A stretch of DNA of 64,000 bases from Bacillota bacterium (lineage in GTDB: Bacteria > Bacillota > Clostridia > Acetivibrionales > DTU013), in contig JAEYOM010000201.1 of the NCBI GenBank assembly GCA_023411715.1, positions 3,370 through 67,369 on the forward strand, given 5' to 3'. Below, piece by piece: positions 21,504 through 31,603 of the stretch. The translations under genes were made by a program, and so were the position numbers. The notes under the pieces were generated by a model. That model saw only the letters and a list, made by a program, of their open reading frames with translations, did no database searches and was not told the DNA's origin. How positions within the stretch are numbered: position 1 is the first letter of the stretch; each line of letters begins with the position of its first letter.

Positions 21504-22384
21504 AAGTTATGAGGGAAATGGCAAGTATCAAAGATTTGGTAGAGAAAGCTGCCGGCTGTGGCAAAAGAATTTCCGATATCGCTCTCGAATGGGAGTGCCG
21601 GACCATGGAAAAGACTCCGGAGGAGCTTCGGGATAAAATGCGGAACAGATTATCTGTAATGAAACAGGCCGTACATGATGGATTGCAGCCCGGATTAAAA
21701 TCGGCCAGCGGTCTTAGCGGCGGTGATGCTCTGAAACTTAAACAGGCTGTGGATAAAAAGGCTACCTTTGCTGATCCTCTGTTGGATAAAATTCTTGTGA
21801 AAGCATTGGCTGTATCCGAGCTTAACGCATGTATGGGAAGAATAGTTGCTGCGCCTACCGCAGGCTCATGCGGTATTATTCCCGCGGTTCTTCTTAGTGC
21901 AATGGAGGAAAGAGGTATTCCGGAAGAACGGATTATTATGAGCCTGTTTACTGCCGGTGTAATAGGAAAGGTTATCGCCACGCAATCGGGTATTTCAGGC
22001 GCGGAAGGCGGCTGCCAGGCTGAGTGCGGAAGTGCATCTGCAATGGCGGCGGCGGCTCTGGTCGAGGCAATGGACGGGACTCCGGCTATGGCTGCAAATG
22101 CCTGTGCAATTGTTTTGAAAAGTACCCTGGGTTTGGTCTGTGATCCGATAGCCGGGTTGGTAGAGGTTCCCTGTATAAAACGAAATGCCATGGGCGCCGT
22201 ATATGCTTTAGCTGCTGCAGAAATGGCTCTGGCCGGAATTGAGAGTGTCATACCGGCGGATGAGATCATCATGGCTGTGAAATCGGTAGGAAAGCTGATG
22301 GCCCCGGCATTGAAGGAAACTGCCGAAGGGGGGCTGGCAGCAACTCCGACCGGAAAGAGACTGGCAAATGAAATACTTAGCTGA
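21500..22384 (+). CDS. sdaAA: L-serine dehydratase, iron-sulfur dependent, alpha subunit
   Basis: 294 aa with PTAGSCGIIPA and GAEGGCQAECGSA cysteine motifs. It overlaps the sdaAB stop by 4 nt. Confidence 0.92.
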   Translation: MKVMREMASIKDLVEKAAGCGKRISDIALEWECRTMEKTPEELRDKMRNRLSVMKQAVHDGLQPGLKSASGLSGGDALKLKQAVDKKATFADPLLDKILVKALAVSELNACMGRIVAAPTAGSCGIIPAVLLSAMEERGIPEERIIMSLFTAGVIGKVIATQSGISGAEGGCQAECGSASAMAAAALVEAMDGTPAMAANACAIVLKSTLGLVCDPIAGLVEVPCIKRNAMGAVYALAAAEMALAGIESVIPADEIIMAVKSVGKLMAPALKETAEGGLAATPTGKRLANEILS

Positions 22385-22502
22385 CTTTGTACAACCGCAT
22401 TGAGGAAAAGGCCTGCAGCTACCCATTGACAATTTTACATAAAGTATGCAATAATCCAACCTGTAAATGCAAATTAAAGCAGAAGGGTTTATGTGAATCG
22501 AT

Positions 22503-24347
22503 ATGCCGTTCTTAAAAACTCTTCGTTTCAAGGTATCATTACTGTTTCTTGCAATTATGCTGCTGCTTGAGATAGCACTGCTGTATTACAATTTTTATGC
22601 GATCCGAACAGTGCGTAATCAAGTAGCAGAGTCCTATATGAAGCTGCTGCCTTCCATAGTCGGAAAAATGGACGATTCTCTCGGCGAGGTCAGGGATTAT
22701 CTGATCGGCACTATAAATCTCAACAGCGACAATGCGGATATCGTAAGCTTTGATCTTAGTCTCAAAGGCAGTACTGAGTATTATTACAGCATGTCAAATA
22801 TATCACGTAAATTCAGCAAGGACATTAATTACTCTGGAATGGTTGTTGACAGTCTTTTCGTGTATTCTCAGCACAATGATGAACTGGTATCATACACGGC
22901 GGCTTTTACCGACAGCAAAAGGGATTACGAAAAAATTAACAGAGGTTTGATAGGCTTGTCACGTATGGCAGCCGAAAAAGGCACGGATTCATTATGGAAG
23001 GTAGATATGACGGGCGATGAGCCGGGTCTGGTCTGTATCATAGGTAATTCGGCCGGATGCTTTATCGGCGCAAAGATCGATATCAAAAGATTTCTTGTAA
23101 AATATAGTACCGAAGAGAATGAAAAAATCGGGGCCGTGATTACGGACCGAGACCGGAAAATCTTATTTTCCACTAATACCGGAATACCCGGCAAAACCAT
23201 TATTGCCAGGTATGGTAACTTGCGTGAGGCAGGTTTTGAGACAGTCAGCGTACCTGAGAACAGCGATAGATATCTCGTAATCGCACAACCGGCCAATAAC
23301 GCCGGAATAGTCTATGCACAACTGATCAACGAGCAGGTACTGACCAAGAATTTTGACTTTTTTAAAATTATGATCGTTATCCTTCCCGTAAGCCTGCTTG
23401 TTATTATGCTGGTTTATTTTGCATTTCTGCAGGGTATCCTTATTAAGCCCTTGAAAGAACTGGTCAAAGGTATGAAGCGAATCATGCGGGGTGAACTGGA
23501 AGTAAGGATCGATGACAGAGGGCCGGAAGAATTCCGGCTTGTTATAAACACCTTCAATAGTATGGTTTCCCAGATACATAAGCTCAAAATCGATATCTAT
23601 GAAGGTGAGCTTAAAGCGAAAAATGCGGAGCTTAAGGCGGCAAATTCAGATCTTAAGGCGGCAAACGCAGAATTGGAAGCAAGAGAATCGGAACTGAGAA
23701 GCATGCAGATGCAAATTAATCCACATTTTTTTGCAAATAGTCTGAATATTGTCTATAACCTAGCGGCGCTGAAGGATATCAAAGCAGTCCAGAAAATGTC
23801 CATATACCTCTCAAATTATTTCCGGTACCTGTTGCAGATAGGCAATTCCATGACGGAACTCCGGCGTGAGATGGATTTTATCCATAATTATCTCGGGATA
23901 CAGAAGATCAGGTTTACGATGCGCCTGGAATCTGAAATATCGGTTCCTGAGCAGTATATGACGCAGAAGCTCCCTCCTTTGCTGCTTCAGCCTTTTGTCG
24001 AGAACTCCATTGTTCATGGTTTCAAAGACAACGGTCAGACTCTCAGGATCAGGATCTCAGCGGAACCTGATCCGGAGTTTCCCGATAAATCATATATTAT
24101 ACGAATACAGGATAACGGCAGGGGCTTCTCCGATGAGAATATCAGCATTCTCAGCGACCAGGAACGAGACGAAAGCGGAGGCGGAAAACATATAGGGATC
24201 CGGAACATAATGAACCGTCTTAATATAACGTTCGGTGATACTGCAAAGCTCCTGCTGGGTAATGGCGAGGACGGCGGGGCAATCGTAAAGCTCTGGCTCC
24301 CGATCAATACGGGTAAATCAGGAGAGGATGGCGACGGGAATGTTTAG
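22503..24347 (+). CDS. Sensor histidine kinase, YesM/LytS-like (two TM segments, HAMP, His_kinase PF06580, HATPase_c)
   Basis: 614 aa with the NPHFFANSLN phosphoacceptor region and the ATPase motifs QPFVENSIVHG and DNGRGF. Confidence 0.88.
   Translation: MPFLKTLRFKVSLLFLAIMLLLEIALLYYNFYAIRTVRNQVAESYMKLLPSIVGKMDDSLGEVRDYLIGTINLNSDNADIVSFDLSLKGSTEYYYSMSNISRKFSKDINYSGMVVDSLFVYSQHNDELVSYTAAFTDSKRDYEKINRGLIGLSRMAAEKGTDSLWKVDMTGDEPGLVCIIGNSAGCFIGAKIDIKRFLVKYSTEENEKIGAVITDRDRKILFSTNTGIPGKTIIARYGNLREAGFETVSVPENSDRYLVIAQPANNAGIVYAQLINEQVLTKNFDFFKIMIVILPVSLLVIMLVYFAFLQGILIKPLKELVKGMKRIMRGELEVRIDDRGPEEFRLVINTFNSMVSQIHKLKIDIYEGELKAKNAELKAANSDLKAANAELEARESELRSMQMQINPHFFANSLNIVYNLAALKDIKAVQKMSIYLSNYFRYLLQIGNSMTELRREMDFIHNYLGIQKIRFTMRLESEISVPEQYMTQKLPPLLLQPFVENSIVHGFKDNGQTLRIRISAEPDPEFPDKSYIIRIQDNGRGFSDENISILSDQERDESGGGKHIGIRNIMNRLNITFGDTAKLLLGNGEDGGAIVKLWLPINTGKSGEDGDGNV
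23607..23690 (+). repeat. Four tandem 21-bp (heptad) repeats inside the kinase linker
   Basis: The units are GAGCTTAAAGCGAAAAATGCG / GAGCTTAAGGCGGCAAATTCA / GATCTTAAGGCGGCAAACGCA / GAATTGGAAGCAAGAGAATCG. They encode ELKAKNA ELKAANS DLKAANA ELEARES. Confidence 0.75.
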
Positions 24348-25959
24348 CCTGCTTGTTGTGGATGATGAAGAATTCGCGGTAAAGGGGATCACACAGGGTA
24401 TCTATTGGAAGGGTATAGGAATCACTGATATTTATGAGGCATATGGCGCCGCTTCCGCAAAGGAGATCATCAGTTCAGAGCATATTGACGTTGCAATCTG
24501 CGATATAGAAATGCCGGGGTGCAACGGAATCGAACTGCTAAAATGGATACGGGAGAATTCCTGTGAAACAAAAACCATAATTCTGACCGGGCATGCGGAC
24601 TTTCAATATGCTCAGAAGGCAGTGCAGCTCAACTGCGATGATTATTTGCTCAAGCCTGTGGAACATGAGCACCTTAAACAGGTTGTGTCGGAAACGCTGC
24701 AGGTAATTCAAAATGAAAGGGAACAGATCGACCGGACGGAAGCCTATCGTAAGTATTTCAGCATGTGGGAATCTCAAAAGCCCGCATTTATTGAGCATTA
24801 TTGGCGGGACATTCTGGACGGCAGGGTTGTGTCTGCGGAAAAGGATTTTTACGATACATTCCGGTTGTATGGGATTCCGATGGATGATAGGTCCTATATC
24901 CGGCTGGTTTTATTGAAGGCGGAACAATGGACAGATACCTATGATGCCGGAAAGAGAGATGTAATCGGGCTGGCTATACGAAATATGGCTTCCGAAATAC
25001 TTTTCAAGCCGGCGGACGGTGTAATTGTTCAGGATCAAAACAGGGACACAGTAGCGGTATATTATTGTATGGATACTGAAAAGACGGATCCGGCGCAGGA
25101 AAAGGAGTTGGAGGAGAAGTGCCGGAAGCTGATCGCAACATGTAATGAGGAATTGAAGTGTTATCTGTCCTGTTATATTGGCGAACCGGTCGGTATATGC
25201 TCGACTGCGAAAGCTTATCAAAAGCTTGTGGAGGTAGAGCGTGAAAATATCAACAGGTCCAATAGTGTTACATTGCAAAGAGAGGCTTGTGAAAATGTAA
25301 AGCGCTTGAATAGGGTGCCTCAATTCTTAGAATGGGGTTTGCTGCTGGAGCTTGGGCGAAAAGAAGAACTGCTGAAACAGATACATCATTTTCTATACAA
25401 TGCCGATAATGAAAATGCATCCCGCGAGTTGCTGGACTCTTTTTACCACGGGATAATGAGCATGCTGTATGCGCTGCTGCATCAAAACGGAATATCCCTT
25501 AACAGCGTACTGTCTTCGAAGGCACTGGTGAAGGAAGGGCTGGAGGCGGGTACCGTACATCAGGCGGAAAAATGGGCTTGCACAACCATCGGAGAAGTAG
25601 AACGGTACTATAGTGAATTTAGAAAATCCGAGTCGTTTATTGTCAGTGAAATAAAGAACTATATTGAAAAGAATATTTATTGCGGCTTTACACGGGAGGA
25701 TGTCGCTTCGGCACTGCATTTCAATCCGGATTACCTCTCAAGGGTATTTAAAAAGGAAACTGGAAAGATACTTTCCGACTATATCACATTCTGCCGGATT
25801 AAGGCGGCAAAAAAGCTGTTGGAGGATACCGGCGACAAGATAGGAGATATAGCCGACAGACTCGGGTATAGCCAATTCTCCCACTTTGCAAAAGTGTTTC
25901 GAAGCATAACCGGTATGTCGCCGCAGGAATACCGAAAGAGCTTCAGAAAGTCTTTGTAG
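24328..25959 (+). CDS. Response regulator with an AraC-type HTH output (YesN-like)
   Basis: 543 aa with an N-terminal REC domain (LLVVDDE ... DVAICDIEMPG) and a C-terminal HTH_AraC domain (GYSQFSHFAKVFRSITGMSPQEYR). It overlaps the kinase gene by 20 nt. Confidence 0.88.
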   Translation: MATGMFSLLVVDDEEFAVKGITQGIYWKGIGITDIYEAYGAASAKEIISSEHIDVAICDIEMPGCNGIELLKWIRENSCETKTIILTGHADFQYAQKAVQLNCDDYLLKPVEHEHLKQVVSETLQVIQNEREQIDRTEAYRKYFSMWESQKPAFIEHYWRDILDGRVVSAEKDFYDTFRLYGIPMDDRSYIRLVLLKAEQWTDTYDAGKRDVIGLAIRNMASEILFKPADGVIVQDQNRDTVAVYYCMDTEKTDPAQEKELEEKCRKLIATCNEELKCYLSCYIGEPVGICSTAKAYQKLVEVERENINRSNSVTLQREACENVKRLNRVPQFLEWGLLLELGRKEELLKQIHHFLYNADNENASRELLDSFYHGIMSMLYALLHQNGISLNSVLSSKALVKEGLEAGTVHQAEKWACTTIGEVERYYSEFRKSESFIVSEIKNYIEKNIYCGFTREDVASALHFNPDYLSRVFKKETGKILSDYITFCRIKAAKKLLEDTGDKIGDIADRLGYSQFSHFAKVFRSITGMSPQEYRKSFRKSL

Positions 25960-26067
25960 GTCGGAATAATGTCAAAAAGGTATGTCTCTTGTATAGAAGC
26001 GATTCCGCGGGTTATGTTACATTGATTATGTTGCAACAAACAATTTCTCCAAAGGATTGGTAAATCA

Positions 26068-27033
26068 ATGGAACAGCGGAATACCGCAATTTACGGCGTT
26101 AAACCGACGGCTTTGCAAAAGGGAATGTTCGTTAAAAACATAAGAAAGTACTGGGGACTGTTGCTGTTTACCGTTCCGGGACTGCTGGTCGTACTGATCA
26201 ACAACTATTTGCCGATGGTCGGCCTGATCATGGCATTCAAACGGATCGACAATTCGTTGGGTATGTTTAAAAGTCCGTTCATAGGACTTGAAAATTTTAG
26301 ATTCCTATTCGCAACGGATGCGTTCCGTATTACCAGAAATACTGTATTGTATAACCTTGTTTTTATTTTTGTCGGATTGGTTATCAATGTGGCGTTGGCG
26401 ATTGCAATAAGCGAGCTTCACAGTAAATTCCTCTCCAAGCTTTATCAGACCATTATCATCTTTCCTTACTTCCTGTCCTATGTTGTGGTGGGGTACGTTG
26501 TTTATGCGCTTCTAAGTCCTGAATACGGCTTTGTAAACGAGGTGCTTGTGCCGGCTTTACATCTTGGGGAGATTGCATGGTATGAGGAGCCCAATTATTG
26601 GATAGTAATCCTGCCGCTGGTTAATTTCTGGGTCTCGGCGGGAATGGGAAGTATCATTTATCTTGCATCGCTGACCGGCATCGATTCTGCCCTCTATGAG
26701 TCGGCGATGATCGATGGGGCGAATAAACGGCAGCAGATTTTTCATATTACCATTCCGATGCTTACGCCGGTCATAATAGTCATGACGCTTTTAAGCCTCG
26801 GCAATATTTTCAGGGGAAATTTCGGTTTGTTTTACCAGGTAACGCTGAATAATCCCGCCCTGTATTCTACAACGGATGTTATCGATACCTATGTATACCG
26901 GTCGCTGATGACAATGCCGGATATGGGAATGACTACCGCGGCAAGCCTTTATCAGTCAGTGGTTGGCTTTGTTCTGGTCATGCTGTCCAATTTCGCAATA
27001 AGGAAAATAAGTCCGCAGGATGCATTATTTTAA
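26068..27033 (+). CDS. Sugar ABC transporter permease (LplB/MalF-type)
   Basis: 321 aa, polytopic, with the EAA-loop ESAMIDGANKRQQIFHITIPML. Confidence 0.9.
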   Translation: MEQRNTAIYGVKPTALQKGMFVKNIRKYWGLLLFTVPGLLVVLINNYLPMVGLIMAFKRIDNSLGMFKSPFIGLENFRFLFATDAFRITRNTVLYNLVFIFVGLVINVALAIAISELHSKFLSKLYQTIIIFPYFLSYVVVGYVVYALLSPEYGFVNEVLVPALHLGEIAWYEEPNYWIVILPLVNFWVSAGMGSIIYLASLTGIDSALYESAMIDGANKRQQIFHITIPMLTPVIIVMTLLSLGNIFRGNFGLFYQVTLNNPALYSTTDVIDTYVYRSLMTMPDMGMTTAASLYQSVVGFVLVMLSNFAIRKISPQDALF

Positions 27034-27036
27034 GGA

Positions 27037-27978
27037 GTGATTATATTGACGGCCATGAAGCGTCAAAAGGCAGGTAATTCCATATCCGGCACCTCAAATA
27101 TTATACTGAACCTGATCTTTATACTGTTCAGCCTGGCATGCATACTGCCGGTAATACTGATACTGTCGGTTTCGCTTACAGACGAGTCTTCTATTATCAA
27201 CAACGGCTACAGGTACATCCCTGAGATTATCAGCACGGATGCATATTCCTTTTTGCTGAGCGATGTAAGCATGATCGGTAGGGCTTATGCCGTCACGATA
27301 GTTGTAACGCTGGCAGGCACGGTGCTTAATGTTATCATTAACGGAATGTACGCCTATTCGATTTCAAGGAAGGATTTCCCCTTCAGAAGCTTCTTCACTG
27401 TAATAATTCTGATCACGCTGTTATTCAGCGGAGGCGTGCCGACTTTCTATTATGTGTATGCAAGGCTGCTGCATGTGAAGGATACCCTGCTGGCTCTGAT
27501 ACTGCCGGGGTTGGGAAACGGATTTTATATAATAATCATGCGGACTTACTTCCGCCAGAATGTTCCGGCGGAAATCATCGAATCGGCAATGCTTGACGGA
27601 GCGTCGGAGGTAAAAACCTTCTTCAAGCTGGTACTGCCGCTTTCTCTGCCGATTTTGGCTACAATTGCGTTATTTTCCGCAATCTTTTACTGGAATGATT
27701 TCTTCAACAGCATGCTTTTCATTGAGGACAGCAGGCTGAATAACCTGCAGTATACCATGCAGAAGGCAATCATGAACCTGGACTTCATTAAACGCCAGCT
27801 CACCACGATGTACTCGGCCTCAGCCACGAATATTCAGAAGAGTATAGCGGGCGATGTGCCATCGGAGTCTGTCCGTATGGCCATGGTTATACTTGGAGTA
27901 GGTCCGGTAATTTTGATATACCCGTTCCTGCAAAGATACTTTATAAGGGGTCTTACAGTTGGTTCGGTGAAGGGCTGA
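27037..27978 (+). CDS. Carbohydrate ABC transporter permease (LplC/MalG-type)
   Basis: 313 aa with the EAA-loop ESAMLDGASEVKTFFKLVLPLS. The true start may be the TTG at 27046 or the ATG at 27055, after AAGGAG. Confidence 0.9.
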   Translation: MIILTAMKRQKAGNSISGTSNIILNLIFILFSLACILPVILILSVSLTDESSIINNGYRYIPEIISTDAYSFLLSDVSMIGRAYAVTIVVTLAGTVLNVIINGMYAYSISRKDFPFRSFFTVIILITLLFSGGVPTFYYVYARLLHVKDTLLALILPGLGNGFYIIIMRTYFRQNVPAEIIESAMLDGASEVKTFFKLVLPLSLPILATIALFSAIFYWNDFFNSMLFIEDSRLNNLQYTMQKAIMNLDFIKRQLTTMYSASATNIQKSIAGDVPSESVRMAMVILGVGPVILIYPFLQRYFIRGLTVGSVKG

Positions 27979-28068
27979 TCAAATAGTTTCAGTAGTTAAA
28001 CCGGTATGAAACAGAACGATATAATATTGTCGAAAGTCTCTGCCGGTTAAAATAAAAGGAGGGTTACT

Positions 28069-29655
28069 ATGAAAAGAACTGTCAAAACAATGTCCGTACT
28101 ATTAGCTTTTTTAGTTTTAGCAGTGGGGATATTTACCGGCTGCGGTACGGGCAAAAATTCCGATGCGGCGGAAGCTCCGTCTTCCATGGCTGTAAGTACC
28201 GGTGAACATGCTGCGGCGGGGACCGGAGGCGGTGCGGAATTGGAGGAGGCCACACTGAACTTCTATTATCCAAGTACTCCGCAAAGAGATCAGAAGGCAG
28301 TATTTGACGAATTGAACAAAATGACTAAAAGCAAGTTTAATTGCACACTGGATTATAAGCCCACAGACTGGGCGCAGTGGCCTACTAAATACCCGATTTT
28401 ACTGTCCTCCGGTGAAAAAGTGGACTTAATCTTTACATCAGGTTCAAATGGATTTTTTCAGGAGGTCCAAAAGAACTCCTTCCTGCCTTTGAATGAACTG
28501 CTTGAAAAGTACGGTAAGGACATCTCGGCCTCAATGCAGGATGGTTATTTGGATGCGACTAAAATTAACGGCAATATATACGCGATACCGGCCAATAAAG
28601 ATATGGGGTGTGGCTGGGGTGCTTACTTCAATAAGGAAATGGCTGATAAAATCGGAGTGGATACTTCAAATATAAAATACCTTGGAGACCTGGAACCGTT
28701 ACTGGCAAAGGCTAAGGATGGTTTGCCAGGCGTAACGCCCTTTTTTATCGGTGCGGATTCCGATCCATCATTGTTGTATGCTTCGACAAAGGAATGTGAG
28801 GATATAGGCTTTAGAAACCATACCAAGATTATCGCGATGGATGATTATATAGCGTATAGCTACGATACGGGCAAGGTGGCTCCCTTCTATGATATCCCGG
28901 AATATATCAATCAGTGCAAGCTTATGCGCTCATGGTTCCAAAAGGGTTATATCAATAAAGATTCTATCACTACGCAGGGTACAGCCCAGGATGCTATAAA
29001 AAATAAGAAGGCATTTATGATCCTAGGCAGCGTCATGCCGGGTCAAAAGGAGTCCTATGAGCAGACATACGGTATGAAGCTTTATGGTGCTGAGCTGATG
29101 CCTGGCATAAAGGAGACCTCGAGCCTGACAGGGGCGCTGACAGCTCTTCCGTCCCACTGCTCGAATCCGGAGAGAGCTATGATGGTACTGAATCTGGCAT
29201 TCGGCGATAAAGAATTTATCAACACCTTTGCATTCGGCGTTAAGGACAGACATTATGTCATGAAGAGCGACAATGTAATTTCGCTTCCACAGGGTGCCGG
29301 AAGTGCTGAAGAGATCGGGTATAATCCGATAGTATACTGGGAAGCCGGAGATAATTTCAAGCTCTATACCTGGGATAATGAAAATCCGGATAGATGGAAC
29401 CAGATAAAGGACTTCAACACTAAACTCATTAAGTCACAGCTGCTGGGCTTCTCACTGAATATTGAAAACATCAAGACTGAGGTAGCGGCGCATAAAAATG
29501 TGCTTTCAGAATTCAATAAGCTTCTGACGGTTGGTGCTGCAGACACTGATGAGGTTATTGCAAGAATGAAAAAAAAGGACAAGGCGGCAGGAATCGATAA
29601 AATCTGTTCTGAGATCGAAACTCAGGTACAGGCGTGGAAAGCTTCCCAAAAGTAG
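28069..29655 (+). CDS. Extracellular solute-binding lipoprotein (LplA-like, large family 1 SBP)
   Basis: 528 aa with a signal peptide and the lipobox FTGC. Size and context match the SBPs that pair with LplBC permeases. Confidence 0.88.
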   Translation: MKRTVKTMSVLLAFLVLAVGIFTGCGTGKNSDAAEAPSSMAVSTGEHAAAGTGGGAELEEATLNFYYPSTPQRDQKAVFDELNKMTKSKFNCTLDYKPTDWAQWPTKYPILLSSGEKVDLIFTSGSNGFFQEVQKNSFLPLNELLEKYGKDISASMQDGYLDATKINGNIYAIPANKDMGCGWGAYFNKEMADKIGVDTSNIKYLGDLEPLLAKAKDGLPGVTPFFIGADSDPSLLYASTKECEDIGFRNHTKIIAMDDYIAYSYDTGKVAPFYDIPEYINQCKLMRSWFQKGYINKDSITTQGTAQDAIKNKKAFMILGSVMPGQKESYEQTYGMKLYGAELMPGIKETSSLTGALTALPSHCSNPERAMMVLNLAFGDKEFINTFAFGVKDRHYVMKSDNVISLPQGAGSAEEIGYNPIVYWEAGDNFKLYTWDNENPDRWNQIKDFNTKLIKSQLLGFSLNIENIKTEVAAHKNVLSEFNKLLTVGAADTDEVIARMKKKDKAAGIDKICSEIETQVQAWKASQK

Positions 29656-29816
29656 TACTACTAAACTGTAACAATAAGTATATACAGGATTCCCTCTTCT
29701 ATCTGCCCGACTTTATATAAAACAAACTTGATTCGGCAGCTATGGAGGGAATCCCTATTATATACCCGAGATGTATATTGATTAAGTAAAGCGATATCAT
29801 AAAGGAGGCAATTAAG

Positions 29817-30611
29817 ATGCGTAGTATCCGATATGAACTTCTCAGGCCGGATGAAATTATTGCTGCAAAGGAGAAGTTTTCTGTAGTTTATCTGCCGGTC
29901 GCACCGTTGGAATGGCACGGACCGGCTCTCCCTATAGGCACGGATCCTCTCCTTATCGAGACGGTTGCCCGGCTTACGGCTGAAAAAATCGGAGGGGTTG
30001 TACTGCCGACACTATTTTTGGGCACAGAACGGGAACGCGCTCCGGAGATGCTTGCGTCAATTGGATTCGAAGATACGTCGCAATATATCGTGGGGATGGA
30101 TTTCCCCAAAAACACTATGCCAAGCATGTATGCCCGTGAGGATATTTTTGCAATAACGGTACGGGAATATGTCCGGCTGCTTGTCAAGCAGGAGTACAAG
30201 CTCATTGCGATTATGAACGGGCACGGTGCTACAGGTCAGGTACAGTCATTAGACCGGTTATGCGCCGAGTTCAATGGCGAATCCAGCAGCAGGGTGATCC
30301 AGGTAATGGGACTTGCACAAAATAATGAGGTCGATTTTCAGTCCGGTCATGCTACCAAATTCGAGACAGCTGTTAATATGTTTTTAGACCCTGACTCTGT
30401 CGACCTGACAAAGCTGCCTCCGAAACCTGTGAAAATCAAGAGTGTGGATTATGGAATGGTGGATGGGGTAGCTTTTTTTGGAAGGGGCAGCAGTGATAAA
30501 ACGGTTATGGATGACCCGCGGGACGCAACCGGTGACATGGGAAAGGAATATATAGATACTGCGGTAAGGAATGTCTCCAATTTGATTTTATCAACTTATG
30601 CTAAGCTTTAA
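29817..30611 (+). CDS. Creatininase-family amidohydrolase
   Basis: 264 aa with the family motif YLPVAPLEWHGPALPIGTDP and downstream GHG/HA residues. An AAAGGAGG RBS precedes it. Confidence 0.8.
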   Translation: MRSIRYELLRPDEIIAAKEKFSVVYLPVAPLEWHGPALPIGTDPLLIETVARLTAEKIGGVVLPTLFLGTERERAPEMLASIGFEDTSQYIVGMDFPKNTMPSMYAREDIFAITVREYVRLLVKQEYKLIAIMNGHGATGQVQSLDRLCAEFNGESSSRVIQVMGLAQNNEVDFQSGHATKFETAVNMFLDPDSVDLTKLPPKPVKIKSVDYGMVDGVAFFGRGSSDKTVMDDPRDATGDMGKEYIDTAVRNVSNLILSTYAKL

Positions 30612-30641
30612 TATCGCTGGAATCAGAAGGGGGAGCCATAA

Positions 30642-31397
30642 ATGGCTTTTATAAATTTAAAACTGTTTTCAGATTCACTTAATAAAGCTACAGAAGTAAA
30701 CATAATAATTCCGGAAAACAATAGAGGCCGGGTACCGGTCCTTTATCTTCTCCATGGACTTTCAGGCGATCATGGAATTTGGATGCGGATGACATCTATT
30801 GAAAGATATGCGGAAAAAATGGGCATAGCCGTAGTAATGCCGGACGGGGACAGGAGCTTCTATACGGATATGCAGAATGGGGCAAACTACCAGCAATATA
30901 TATCGGAAGAGCTTCGGCGGAAAATTTGCTCAATGCTGAGTATATCAAATAAAAGAGATGAAAATTTTATTGCCGGACTTTCGATGGGAGGATACGGAGC
31001 CTATAAAATATCTCTGTCTAATCCACAGAAGTATTGCTTTGCAGCCAGTCTATCCGGCGGCCTCGATATCTGCAAACTGGTAGAATCTCCCAGAAATATA
31101 TGCAGTAAAAAAGAGTTCGAAGTAATATTCGGTGACCTTGATAATTTATCTGCCAGCTCTCACGACCTCTTCAGACTTGTTGACAAAAATTTGAATGAAG
31201 GTAGAGAAATGCCTTATTTATACCAATGCTGCGGAACTGAAGATGAGTTATGTGAGTCCAACATCGAATTCAGGGACTATCTGATTAAAAAGGGAGTAAA
31301 AGTGGAATATGAGGAAGGCCCTGGCATACATGATTGGTACTACTGGGACGCGATGATACAAAAGGTGCTCTTAAAAATAGAAGCCATATTGAAATAG
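30642..31397 (+). CDS. Esterase-D/CE1-like serine esterase
   Basis: 251 aa with the nucleophile elbow GLSMGGYGA, LHGLSGDH near the N-terminus, and HDW near the C-terminus. Confidence 0.8.
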   Translation: MAFINLKLFSDSLNKATEVNIIIPENNRGRVPVLYLLHGLSGDHGIWMRMTSIERYAEKMGIAVVMPDGDRSFYTDMQNGANYQQYISEELRRKICSMLSISNKRDENFIAGLSMGGYGAYKISLSNPQKYCFAASLSGGLDICKLVESPRNICSKKEFEVIFGDLDNLSASSHDLFRLVDKNLNEGREMPYLYQCCGTEDELCESNIEFRDYLIKKGVKVEYEEGPGIHDWYYWDAMIQKVLLKIEAILK

Positions 31398-31603
31398 ATG
31401 TCGTAATCCATTACGGCACAGCTTATCAGGTCTACCCGATTATAAATGTCGGAGATAAGCCTGCCTCGGCCGGAACTTTTGCCTGAGAAGGTATCAGCAG
31501 TTTTAAGAAGAGCGGATCATAAAGAAATTACATCAGACAAAGCATTGCGGCTCTTTTAATTATTGATGTAAAATTAGGTGAAATATCAGAAGGAGGATAC
31601 AAT

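Noticed and set aside
21433-22272. A 279-aa minus-strand ORF
   Set aside because: It is antisense to sdaAA. Its Ala/Ser/Pro-rich composition is typical of a shadow ORF opposite a GC-biased gene, and sdaAA has unambiguous motifs.
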